Source: an uncultured delta proteobacterium
Lineage (GTDB): Bacteria > Myxococcota > UBA727 > VGSZ01
Direction of reading: 5' to 3'
NCBI GenBank assembly: GCA_963775425.1
Contig: CAVZJB010000003.1
Coordinates: 64,001 to 128,000, forward strand
Length of the DNA: 64,000 nucleotides
A model generated the notes under the pieces. The model was not told the origin of the DNA, did no database searches, and saw only the letters and a program-made list of their open reading frames with translations. Below, piece after piece: positions 43,425-54,500 of this stretch (its first letter is position 1; the number at the start of each line of letters is the position of its first letter). Made by a program: the position numbers and the translations under genes.

Positions 43425-43689
43425 CGGACACGCTCTCCTCGCCCCCTCGAGGTCCTTGGTCGGCGTAGCGAAGCAGCGGCGGCCGCGCGTCGTGGCGCGG
43501 CTCTTGCGTCACGGCACGACGCTTGGTGAGCGAGGGGAACACCGCCGTGCGTGCGCACCACCAGACGCCGTCCGTTCGCGCCGCGTGGCGCGCGCTCGCC
43601 GACGGCGATCCGTTCACCGTGTCGTCGACGGCCTGGCGCCGCGGAAGCGCATCGCCGTCATGGGCGGCTCGCGCGGAGGGGCCGCCGGG

Positions 43690-45252
43690 TCACGGCGGGG
43701 TGGCAACGGCCTCCGGCTTCGCCTTGTTCGGGATGAACGTCATCGCGCGCTCCGCGAGCGCCGAGATGGTGAGCGCGGGGTTCACGCCCGGGTTCGCCGA
43801 CACGGCGCTGCCGTCGATGACGTAGAGGCCGTCGTAGCCGAAGACCCGGTGGCGGTGGTCGATGACGCCGCGCTCCGCGGAGTCCCCCATGCAAGCGCCG
43901 CCGAGGATGTGCGCGGTGGTCGGGATGCCGAGCAGGGTCTCGGTGAGCATGCTCTGCGGGTAGCCGTGGAGCTTGTCGGCGACGCGCTCGGCGAGCTCGG
44001 TGGCCTCGGGGATGGACGCGGTGGGGCGCGAGCCGGCCGCCGCCTCCGTCGTCAGGCCGCGCCACCCGAGCTTCAAGCGCATGTGTCCTTCGACGGTGCG
44101 CATGTACAGGAGGATCATCGTCGACCGGGCCCAGTCGGGCACGAGCCACGCCTTGGCGGTCTTCACCGGGTGGCGCGCGACCATCCCCGCGGCGTGCGCG
44201 AGCCGCTCGCCGAGCGTGGCGCCGGGCGCGTGCGGCAACGCCAGCGTGCGAAAGAAGCCGGCGCCCGACGGGTAGCGCACGGGCTCGAGGTGCGAGTGCT
44301 CGTCGGTGTGAAGGATGGAGCCGATGGCGATGCCCTTCGACAGGTCCACGTCGCGACGCTCGGACACGATCCCCATGAGCACCTCGGAGTTGGTGCGCAC
44401 GAAGTCGCCGACGGCGTCGGACAGGCGCGGCAGGCCCTGGTCGCTCTTCTTCAAGCGCAACAGCAGCTCGACGCTGCCGAGGACACCGCCGGCGAAGATG
44501 ACGTTCGCGGCGCGCTCGTGGCGCTTCTTGCCGTCCCGCAGGGCCTCGACCTCGTAGCCGCCGCCGTCGGCGGGGCGCACCCAGGTGACCTCGGTGTCGG
44601 CCTCGATGACGAGGCCGCGCTTCTCGGCGAGGTAGAGGTAGTTCTTGTCGAGCGTGTTCTTGGCGTTGAAGCGGCAGCCGAGCATGCAGCCGCCGCACGC
44701 GCAGCAGCCGGTCCGCGTGGGGCCCTCGCCGCCGAGGTACGGATCCTTCACCGTGACGCCGGGCTCGCCGAAGTACACGGCCACGTCCGCGCGCTGAAAG
44801 CCGTCGGCGCGGCCGATGTCGGCGCCGACCTGGGCGAGCACGTCGTCGACGACGGTGAGGTGCGGGTTCCGCGCCGCGCCGAGCATCTTTCGCGCGGTGG
44901 CGTAGTGCGGGAGCAGCTCGCCCTTCCACGAGGCCAAATCGCTCCACGACGGCGCCGCGAAGAAGTCGTCCTTCGGCACCGGCAGCGTGTTCGCGTACAC
45001 CAGCGATCCGCCGCCGACGCCGACGCCGGACAGCGCGGTGACGTCCTTCAGGAACGTCATCTTGAACAGCCCGCGGAAGCCGAGCTCGGGGCGCCACAGC
45101 CAGCGCTTCAGATCCCAGTTGGTCTTCGGGAAGTCGGCGGCCCCGAGGCGGCGCCCCTTTTCGAGCATCAGGACCCGGTAGCCCTTCTCGACGAGGCGCA
45201 GCGCGCTGACGCTGCCGCCGAACCCGGAGCCGATGATGAGGAAGTCCCACAT
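43690..45252 (-). CDS. GMC oxidoreductase, cholesterol oxidase-like
   Basis: IIGSGFGGSVSALRL, GVGGGSLVYANTL, C..CGGCMLGC..AKNTLD.NYL, TTAHILGG, GVNPALTI. Confidence 0.9.
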   Translation of the reverse strand: MWDFLIIGSGFGGSVSALRLVEKGYRVLMLEKGRRLGAADFPKTNWDLKRWLWRPELGFRGLFKMTFLKDVTALSGVGVGGGSLVYANTLPVPKDDFFAAPSWSDLASWKGELLPHYATARKMLGAARNPHLTVVDDVLAQVGADIGRADGFQRADVAVYFGEPGVTVKDPYLGGEGPTRTGCCACGGCMLGCRFNAKNTLDKNYLYLAEKRGLVIEADTEVTWVRPADGGGYEVEALRDGKKRHERAANVIFAGGVLGSVELLLRLKKSDQGLPRLSDAVGDFVRTNSEVLMGIVSERRDVDLSKGIAIGSILHTDEHSHLEPVRYPSGAGFFRTLALPHAPGATLGERLAHAAGMVARHPVKTAKAWLVPDWARSTMILLYMRTVEGHMRLKLGWRGLTTEAAAGSRPTASIPEATELAERVADKLHGYPQSMLTETLLGIPTTAHILGGACMGDSAERGVIDHRHRVFGYDGLYVIDGSAVSANPGVNPALTISALAERAMTFIPNKAKPEAVATPP

Positions 45253-45306
45253 GGCGCGGCAGTGTAATGCCGGCCGCCCTTCGGCATGGCATATCTCGGG
45301 CGAGCC

Positions 45307-46890
45307 ATGAAAAGACCGGCCACACCCTTCGCGCAGCCCGCGAGCCTCGCCGCTCTCCTCGTCGCGGCGCTCCTCGCCGCGCCGGCGACCGCGCGGCCGT
45401 GCACCACCATGGCGATGCTCGAGCTCGAGCGCCGCGGCCTCCCGCTCGCCGACATCGCCGGCACCGCCCGCCCCGACGACGCCGACATCGCGGGCACGGT
45501 GGAGAGCGCCAACCACCCGCTCGTCGTCCACTACGGCACCGGCGTCGACGTCAGCCGCGCCCGACAGGCCCTCGGCATCTTCGACGACGCGTGGGACCAG
45601 CAGGTGACGGCCGCGGGCTTTCCCGCGCCGCTCCCCGACGGCAACGAGGGCGGCGACGAGCGCTTCGACGTCTACCTGGTGCCGCTCGTGCCCGGCACCG
45701 GCGGCTTCACCGTGGCCGAGGCCGACGCCGACCGCACCGACGGCAAGCACGCGTCGCCGGCGTTCACCGAGATCGATCCGTCGCTCCCCGACGACCTCCT
45801 CGAGGTCTACTCGCACCACGAATTCCAGCACGCGCTGCAGTTCGCCATCGACACGCTCGAGCCGGTCATGTGGTACGAGTCCACCGCCGTCTTCTGGGAG
45901 GTGCGCACGCGCCCCGACGTCGACGATTGGCAGCTCGCGCTGCCCGACTTCCAGGGCCAGCCGCAGCTCCCCCTCTTCGCCGACAGCGCGAGCATCGTCC
46001 TCGTCGCCACGGCGCCGGCCGCGCGCTACGAGTACGGCGCCGTGTTGTGGCCGCTGTACCTCGACGAGGTCCTCGGCGACGGGCAGGGCACGCTCCTGCG
46101 CACCATCTGGGAGGGCACGCCCGAGCCCGACACCGTCGGCAACGACGAGCCCGACTTCATCGACGCCACCCTCGCCGCCGGCGTAGACCTGCCCGCCGCC
46201 GTCGCCGACTTCGCCGGCTGGCGCGCGCTCGTCGGCCCGCTGTCGCGCGGCGACGACGGACCCCTCGAGGCCATCCCCGGCGACAGCCGCCTCGTCGCCA
46301 AGGCGCTCAACGCCGCCACCCTGGACGGCACCGTCGTCACCACCGGCGAGGCCGACAGCCCGCTCGCGCTCGGGTGTGCGCTGCGCGAGGTGACCGCGCC
46401 GCCCGACGTCGACTTCATGCCCGTGGAGATCCAGGTCGACGCGACGCTCGCCGACCAGCAGATCACGCTGTCGACGTTGCTGTTCGACGACGGCGCCGAC
46501 ACGCTCGCGCGCACGCAGACGGCGCCGGCGGCGTCGCAGCACGCGTCTGTGTCGGTGCCGGCGAACGCGCTCCTGCAGCTCGCCGTCTGCGACGTCAGCG
46601 CCGCCGATCCCGAGGACGAGCTCGCCCTGCGGCCGGTGAAGATCTCGGTGCTGCGCACCGACATCGACTTCCCGGACGCGGGCCCGGACGTCGTCGACGC
46701 GGGCGTCGCGGACGCCGGCTCGCCGCCGCCGCCGCCGCCCGACGGCACGTGCAACTGCCAGAGCGCCGGCGACCCGCGGAACATGCGCGGCGCCATCGCC
46801 GTGCTCGGCATGATCGGCGGCCTCGTCGGCTTGTTCGTCCGTGGGGCCCGCGCCCGTCGCCGCAAGCGCATGTTCGACAAGCGACCCTGA
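45307..46890 (+). CDS. Secreted zinc metalloprotease (MXAN_6640-like) with C-terminal sorting or TM tail
   Basis: Signal peptide, GGDERFDVYL, HEFQHALQ..WYESTAVFWE, tail CNC + TM + RRRKR. Confidence 0.82.
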   Translation: MKRPATPFAQPASLAALLVAALLAAPATARPCTTMAMLELERRGLPLADIAGTARPDDADIAGTVESANHPLVVHYGTGVDVSRARQALGIFDDAWDQQVTAAGFPAPLPDGNEGGDERFDVYLVPLVPGTGGFTVAEADADRTDGKHASPAFTEIDPSLPDDLLEVYSHHEFQHALQFAIDTLEPVMWYESTAVFWEVRTRPDVDDWQLALPDFQGQPQLPLFADSASIVLVATAPAARYEYGAVLWPLYLDEVLGDGQGTLLRTIWEGTPEPDTVGNDEPDFIDATLAAGVDLPAAVADFAGWRALVGPLSRGDDGPLEAIPGDSRLVAKALNAATLDGTVVTTGEADSPLALGCALREVTAPPDVDFMPVEIQVDATLADQQITLSTLLFDDGADTLARTQTAPAASQHASVSVPANALLQLAVCDVSAADPEDELALRPVKISVLRTDIDFPDAGPDVVDAGVADAGSPPPPPPDGTCNCQSAGDPRNMRGAIAVLGMIGGLVGLFVRGARARRRKRMFDKRP

Positions 46891-46899
46891 CCCGTGTCG

Positions 46900-47655
46900 T
46901 CAACCCGCGGGGGGAGGGCTGGAAGCGGCGCGCGCGTCGCCCGCGCCTCGCCGGGGCACGCGCGTGGACGCGAGCGTGACGGCCCTGACGAAGGCGCGCG
47001 CGGCGGCGCGCCGGCCCGCGGCGTTGAGGTGCGCGCCGTCCGTGGTGTAGCCGGGCCAGAGCATGGGGACCATGCGCCCGTCGACGAGGAACAGCTCGCG
47101 GCTGCCGTCGGGTCGGGTGCTCTCCACGCGCGACAGGTCGAAGAACGGATCGCGCGGGAACGCGCGCAGGAGGCCCTCGGCGAGCTCGAGGCGGCGCCGG
47201 TTGGCCGCGTCCTCGGGCACGAGCCGCCCGACGGCGCGGGCGACGCGCGCGCGCAGATCGTTCGGTCGCGCGCGCAGCGGCGGCGTCGTGTGGACGACGA
47301 CGATGCCGGGGCGCGCGAGGCGCAGGCGCGTCACCGTGCGGACGTACGTCGCGACGAGCGCGTCGACGTTCGTCTCGGGGCGGAGGTCGGCGAAGCCGAG
47401 CTTCATGAGGGCGATGTCGCTGTCGGCGTCGAGGACACGCTCCTCGAAGCCCGCGATCTTCCCGAGGGGATCGCCGCTTCTGCCCACGGGAGCGGCGCCG
47501 ACGTGGAGCGCGCCGCCGCGGGCGCGCGCGCGCAGGAGGTCCGTGAGCCCGGTGAGGATGTCGCGCCCGACGGCGTGGTGACCGAAGAAGATGCGCAGGC
47601 CGCGCAGGCTGTCGACGTCGCGTGCGAAGGGATCGGCGGTCGCGTGTGGTGTCAT
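46900..47655 (-). CDS. SGNH-hydrolase-like protein
   Basis: IFFGHHAVG, MKLGFAD, VHTTPPL, FDLSRVES, YTTDGAHLN (DxxH). Confidence 0.7.
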   Translation of the reverse strand: MTPHATADPFARDVDSLRGLRIFFGHHAVGRDILTGLTDLLRARARGGALHVGAAPVGRSGDPLGKIAGFEERVLDADSDIALMKLGFADLRPETNVDALVATYVRTVTRLRLARPGIVVVHTTPPLRARPNDLRARVARAVGRLVPEDAANRRRLELAEGLLRAFPRDPFFDLSRVESTRPDGSRELFLVDGRMVPMLWPGYTTDGAHLNAAGRRAAARAFVRAVTLASTRVPRRGAGDARAASSPPPAG

Positions 47656-47754
47656 GTTTCCCCCGTGTGACTGCGCGTCCCCGGGGCACCTAGCGACTGC
47701 GCGGCGCGCCCGTGGATCACCCGCGCGTTCGTCGTCTTCACGCACGGGGCGCGG

Positions 47755-49839
47755 TCACTCGACGCCGGCGGCGGGATCGCGCGCGGGCGCCGCCAGGCAC
47801 GCGGCGGCGTCGGCGGCGAACGGGAACAGGCCGAGGGCTTCGCCGGCGGCGCGTGCGGCGCCGGCGAGGAGCCCGGGGCCGACGACGACGTCGACGGGAT
47901 CGACGAGGTTTCCGTGGCAGGGGATCCACGGGCGCCGGTCGAACGTGTCCTCGTCGCGCCGCCACGACGCGAGCGTGTGCGCCTCGTAGAGGTAGCCGTA
48001 GGGGTACGCGGTGACGCGCGCCTCGCGCGGCCGCCACGCCGCCACCCGCGCGAGCGGCACGCGATACGCCCGCTCGCGCGTGCGCACGATCGCGAGGGCC
48101 TGCGCCCGCGCCGCCCGCGCCTCGTCAAAGCGGCCGTCGACGAGCGCCCGGACGTGCCGCGCGCGCAGCGCGGTGACGGCGAGGGCGTCGGCGAGCTCGG
48201 TGACCAGCGGGGCGGCGCGCGGGGAGAGCCCCGGGCCCGCAGCCAACGACCGCGCGGCGAGGGTGCGGTCCATGTCGGCCAGGAGCGCGCGAACGCCGTC
48301 GTCGACGGGCGGGCGGCGCGCCTGCGTGCCGAGGAGCGCGCCGAAAGGGTTTTGCCCCGAGAGCCACGCGATGCCGTTTCGCTCGACCAGCAGGCGGTGC
48401 TCGTCGCGGGCGACGGCGGCGACCGCCTGCGCCGTATCTCGCGGCAGGAACCACAGGGCGTCCTCGAGGTCGCGCGGGCGGCTCCACGCGGCGCGCGCGG
48501 CGACCACGTCGTTCAGCCAGTAGCCCCACTCCCAGCCGGAGGAAAACAGGCTCTGCCCGTCGAGGACACCCGGGCCGAGGTCGCCCTCGATGAGGTCGAG
48601 ATCGTGCAGGCGCGCCTGTGCGTACACGGGCAGGAACAGCGGAACGTCGACGTCGACGTCCACCCAGTACGCGCTCTCCGGGTACCACACGACCTCGCGC
48701 GAGCCGCCGGCAGTCTCGTCGACGAAGCGGCGCATCGCGTGGAAGTCGCGGTTTCCGTAGACCGGCGCCGCGTCGTCGAGCGCGTACATCTGCACGGTGT
48801 GCGGCTCCACACCGAGGCGCCGGTCGGCGTGCGCCGCGAGGAAGTTGAAGTCGAGGGGCTCCCCCGTGTGGCGATCGAGGAACGGCGCCGCGCTCTGGCC
48901 CGCCGAGCAATGCACCTTGATGCGCGCCCGCTTCCCCGCCGCCGCCGCGTGCGCCGCGACCTCGTCCATCCACGCGAGCATCCGCTCCGCCGACGGGTGC
49001 GTGAGCTCCGTGTCGCCGCTCTCGGTGGAGATGAAGTCGAAGCCGAGCGTGAACAAGACGTCGAGCCGGTCGTCGATGTCGGCGCGCTGCTCGTCGAGCG
49101 AAGCCGCCGCGCGCGTCATCAAGCGCCAGCCGTGCTGTTGGGTCAACGCGATGGGCGCGTCGACGCCGACGTCGACGCCGAACGCGTGTGCGCGCGCCAC
49201 CAGGGAGCGCAGGCGCGCGGCCCGCGCCGCCGACAGCCCGCCGTCGCCGGCGACGTCGAGGAGGACCCACTCGACCTCGTTTTGGCGGTTGGCCACGAGC
49301 CACACGAGGAACGCGTCCCACTCCGGGAGCATCGCGGCCCAGGAGGCGTCGTCGCCGGCGCCCTCGAGCAGGTCGGTGAGCTCGATGGGGTGCATGGTGT
49401 GCAGGTGGACGTTGCGCACGCGGAGCCGCGGCCGCTCGACGTCGTCGATCACGGGGAGGGGGCCGCGCGTTTCCGGAGCGGTGGGGGCCAGCGGGTGCAG
49501 GAAGCGGAAGCCGAGCGCTTCGAGGAGCGCGTACGCGGCGTACGCCTTGCCGCGCGGCCCTCGACCGTCGGCGGCGACCGCGCGCGCGCCGTCGACGACG
49601 CCGCTGCGCACGATGAACCCGTCGTCGGGCAGCGCGTCGACCTCGGCGCGCGAGATGAGCGCGCGCACCACCGGGACGTCGCCCACGCCCGCGCTGCCGT
49701 CGAGCGCGACGGCGCGCATGCGGGCGGCGACGTCGTCGCGCACGGCCGGCGGCAGGCCGGGGCCGGCCTCGAAGCCGCCGACGGCGGGGGCGGCCGCGGC
49801 GAGCAGACCGGCGACGACAACGACGAGCACGGGCGGCAC
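47755..49839 (-). CDS. Secreted hypothetical protein, possible glycoside-hydrolase-like fold
   Basis: Signal peptide; DGF.V..G.GPRG.AYAAY.LLE.LGFRF.HP resembles GH20/GH67-type N-domains; then HLHTMHPIEL, ESG.TE, YPESAYW. Confidence 0.65.
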   Translation of the reverse strand: MPPVLVVVVAGLLAAAAPAVGGFEAGPGLPPAVRDDVAARMRAVALDGSAGVGDVPVVRALISRAEVDALPDDGFIVRSGVVDGARAVAADGRGPRGKAYAAYALLEALGFRFLHPLAPTAPETRGPLPVIDDVERPRLRVRNVHLHTMHPIELTDLLEGAGDDASWAAMLPEWDAFLVWLVANRQNEVEWVLLDVAGDGGLSAARAARLRSLVARAHAFGVDVGVDAPIALTQQHGWRLMTRAAASLDEQRADIDDRLDVLFTLGFDFISTESGDTELTHPSAERMLAWMDEVAAHAAAAGKRARIKVHCSAGQSAAPFLDRHTGEPLDFNFLAAHADRRLGVEPHTVQMYALDDAAPVYGNRDFHAMRRFVDETAGGSREVVWYPESAYWVDVDVDVPLFLPVYAQARLHDLDLIEGDLGPGVLDGQSLFSSGWEWGYWLNDVVAARAAWSRPRDLEDALWFLPRDTAQAVAAVARDEHRLLVERNGIAWLSGQNPFGALLGTQARRPPVDDGVRALLADMDRTLAARSLAAGPGLSPRAAPLVTELADALAVTALRARHVRALVDGRFDEARAARAQALAIVRTRERAYRVPLARVAAWRPREARVTAYPYGYLYEAHTLASWRRDEDTFDRRPWIPCHGNLVDPVDVVVGPGLLAGAARAAGEALGLFPFAADAAACLAAPARDPAAGVE

Positions 49840-50095
49840 GCTACCGAATCCACCGCGCGCGATCCGCGCCCCCGGGGTGTCGCCGCGATCGTAAGCTCTC
49901 CCTTTGCATCCGAGCCCCGGTGCGGACCCCGTTTGACACCGGGGCCCGGCGTGCGACACCGCGGGCGGGACCCCGCATGCTGCGAGGCCCCAGCCGTTCC
50001 CTTGCGAGGTCGGCGCGCCCGGTTTTCGGGTGCCTCGCGCGAGTCTTTGCCCGCATGGCCAGGCTCGTATTCCCGTCGGTCGAAAGCGAAACGTC

Positions 50096-51793
<1,698 letters not shown>

Positions 51794-51832
51794 CGTCGCT
51801 CGAAGGAGAGCGCGCCACCGTGGCGCGCGCGT

Positions 51833-51866
51833 GACGAGGCCGCCCGCGAGGGCGGCCTCGTCGTTT
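51833..51866 (+). terminator. Intrinsic terminator-like hairpin after rpsA
   Basis: 13-bp stem GACGAGGCCGCCC / GCGA loop / GGGCGGCCTCGTC followed by GTTT. Confidence 0.75.
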
Positions 51867-51882
51867 CGGGTACGCTCGCGTC

Positions 51883-53169
51883 ATGCCCGTCGACCGCACC
51901 CGCACCTCCGACGTCGTCGCCCGCGTCGCCGCGCTCGAGAAGGACGTCCAGGGCGTCGAACAAGACGCCGACTTCGACGCGCTCGGGCCGCGCATCAGCG
52001 ACGTCGAGCGCGCGCTGCGCGAGCGCATCCGTGAGGACGAAGCCGCGGTGCAGGCGCAGCGGGAGGCGTTCCAGCGCGGCCACGGCGTCTTCGCGCGCTT
52101 CTTGTCGGGAAGCGCGCGCCGGCAGTACCAGGACACCGTCGGCGCCACCGAGCAGGACCTCGAGCGGGCCCGCGACGGCGCGCTCCGCCTGCACCGGGTG
52201 CAGGCGCGCTTCTACGACGACAAGATGCGCGCCCACGCGCGCGCGTTCATCCGCGTCGCCAACAAGGTGCAGCGAAACGTCGGCGGCGGCTGGGACGAAA
52301 GAGCGCTCGCGGCGGCCGCGCGTTGGCTCAGCGCGCGCACCGGCGACGCCGTCATCGAAGCGGCGCGGCGCGCGCAGGTCGAGCCGGCGGCCGGGGACGG
52401 CGCCGGCCGCGCCGCCGCTCGCGCGCCCGAGGTGCTGCTGGCGCGGCTGCTGTCGCTCGAGCCCCCCGACGCGCTGCGCGCGCGCCTCGCGCCGCTCGCC
52501 GCCGCCGTCGGCGCGGACCCCCTCGTCCTCGGCGCGGCGCTGCTCGCGGGCCGGAGCGCCGCCGACGCCGCCGCCGTCGTCGACGCGATGAAGGTCGCGC
52601 TCGCGAAGGCGGGCGCGCTCGGGACCGATCCTGCGTCGTCGTCGCTCCTGTGCGCGGCGGCCCTGTTGTCGGCGCAGCCCGCGTCTTCGTCGGCGGCCAC
52701 GGTGCGCGCCATGGCGAACGCGCTGCCCGGCATGTTCGACGGCGCCGCGCCCGTGGTCGCCGCCGCCGTCCTCGCGGGCACGCCGGTGCGCGACGCGCTC
52801 GACTTCGCCGCTCGCGTCTCCCAGGCGCTCGCCGGCGCCGAGGGCACCGCCTCCGTCGTCGCCGCCGGCCTCGTCGCCGGCCGCTCCGTCGACGACGTCG
52901 TCGCCACCGCCGGCGAGATCGAGCGCGGCGTCGCCGGCACGTCCGGCGCGCGCGCCGCCCTCGCCGCCGCGGGCGTGCTCGCGGGGCGCCCGGCCGGCGA
53001 GGTGATCGCGTTCGCCAAGCACGTGCAGTCCCAGCTCACGGGGACCTGGGAGAGCGAGGCCGCCGTCATCGGCGCCGGCCTCCTCACAGGCCCCGGCGAG
53101 CCTGCGCCGGAGCTCGTGCGCCGGGCGTTCTTCCTGCCTGGTCTGGTGCGCACCGTCGACGACGATTGA
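51883..53169 (+). CDS. Ala-rich helical hypothetical protein
   Basis: GC3-biased ORF filling the gap; N-terminal coiled coil and repeated AA.L.AG.(P/S) units. Confidence 0.65.
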   Translation: MPVDRTRTSDVVARVAALEKDVQGVEQDADFDALGPRISDVERALRERIREDEAAVQAQREAFQRGHGVFARFLSGSARRQYQDTVGATEQDLERARDGALRLHRVQARFYDDKMRAHARAFIRVANKVQRNVGGGWDERALAAAARWLSARTGDAVIEAARRAQVEPAAGDGAGRAAARAPEVLLARLLSLEPPDALRARLAPLAAAVGADPLVLGAALLAGRSAADAAAVVDAMKVALAKAGALGTDPASSSLLCAAALLSAQPASSSAATVRAMANALPGMFDGAAPVVAAAVLAGTPVRDALDFAARVSQALAGAEGTASVVAAGLVAGRSVDDVVATAGEIERGVAGTSGARAALAAAGVLAGRPAGEVIAFAKHVQSQLTGTWESEAAVIGAGLLTGPGEPAPELVRRAFFLPGLVRTVDDD

Positions 53170-53220
53170 ACGCCTGGCAGCGGGCGACGAGCCGCCGCCT
53201 GCGTGGGCTGCGCCGCGAGG

Positions 53221-54393
53221 TCAGCGCGCGCGGCACGCGGCGTAGCGCTTCTTCACGCTCGCCGCGTACCACGCCGTCGTGCGCGCCTTCTTGAGCTTGG
53301 GCGACGACAAAGCCACGTCGGGGATGCGCGCGTAGGGCGCGGCCTTGCCGGTCTGTTGCGCGTAGGCCTCGCGCACCGCGCGCCAGGTGGCGGTGTCCTC
53401 GAAGGCCTCGGACTTCTCCTTCTTGGCGTCCCGGTGCACCGTCCACGACGAGATGCCGTGCGCCGCGCCGAACGCGAGCATGGCCTGCACCGTCTGCGTG
53501 TCGTCCCCCTTGGGAGAGCCGTCCTTGTCGTACGCGAGCACGTCGCCGTCGAGGGCGAGGCGGCGGCCGGTGAGCGCGGCGAGCGCGGCCTGGAACGCGG
53601 CGTTCCTCGACGCGTACATGCCCGCGTTGTAGTCGGCGAAGCGGTAGAGGATGTCGTCGTACGACGCGGGATACCCGATGAGCCGCGCGGTGCCGAAGCG
53701 CACGCCGCCGCCACGCGTGTAGAGGAGCTCGCGCACGCCGTCGTCGTCGAGGCCCCCCTCTCCGCCCGCTTTGCGCGCGAACGACACCTTGACCTGCATC
53801 GAGCCCGCCGTGGTCACCGGGTTCATCTCCTCGATGGAGCCGCGCCCAAACAGCGCCGACAGCGCCGACGCCACCGCGAACGTCCCGGGCATGCTCGCTT
53901 GCGTGGACGCAGCGACGTCGCGAAAGAGGCGGTCGAGATCGCGCTCGGTGCGCAGCTTGTCGATGCGCGCGCCGAAGGTCTCCGTGGTCCCGGGCGCCTT
54001 CTCGGCGAGCAGCGCGTCGCGCGCGGGCCCCGCCAGTGGGCCGAGCGGCGCGAGCTTCGCGTCGATGCCGCGGCGCACGATGCCCGGCAGGTCCGCCACC
54101 GCGGGGTTCGCGCGATAGCCCGACTCCTGCTCGATGACCGCCAGCACGGCGCACACGCGCTCGGCCGTCGGCGTCTTCTTCACGAGGCGGATGGCGGTGA
54201 CGACGTCCGCGGCCCAGCCCTCGCGATCCTCGACCCGCGCGGGGATGCGCCGCGCCACCTCCGCCTCGTCGAGCGCGGGCGCCTCGGGCGCCGTGGGCGC
54301 TTGCTGTTGGTGCGCGCATCCGGCGAGCGCCGCGAGCACCGCGCACAGGAGCGCCGCGCGCGACGAGAGCGGGGACGACGGCGGCGCGGCCAC
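53221..54393 (-). CDS. DUF1615 (YaiW-like) lipoprotein
   Basis: LAGC lipobox, AVIEQES, NPVTTAGSMQV, YRFADYNAG.YASRNAAFQ, LSSPKL..TTAWYA. Confidence 0.88.
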   Translation of the reverse strand: MAAPPSSPLSSRAALLCAVLAALAGCAHQQQAPTAPEAPALDEAEVARRIPARVEDREGWAADVVTAIRLVKKTPTAERVCAVLAVIEQESGYRANPAVADLPGIVRRGIDAKLAPLGPLAGPARDALLAEKAPGTTETFGARIDKLRTERDLDRLFRDVAASTQASMPGTFAVASALSALFGRGSIEEMNPVTTAGSMQVKVSFARKAGGEGGLDDDGVRELLYTRGGGVRFGTARLIGYPASYDDILYRFADYNAGMYASRNAAFQAALAALTGRRLALDGDVLAYDKDGSPKGDDTQTVQAMLAFGAAHGISSWTVHRDAKKEKSEAFEDTATWRAVREAYAQQTGKAAPYARIPDVALSSPKLKKARTTAWYAASVKKRYAACRAR

Positions 54394-54500
54394 GGTGCGA
54401 TGGTGCGGTCTCCCCGCGCCGGGCGCAAGCGTCGACGTGTCCCCACATTTACGCGCGGCCCGCCCGGCGCTAAGGGCGCGGGAGGGGTAGGGTCGACGGC

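Noticed and set aside
43441-43689. About 250 bp unassigned gap as a small gene or RNA
   Set aside because: No frame with convincing codon bias or motif, and no recognisable RNA structure.
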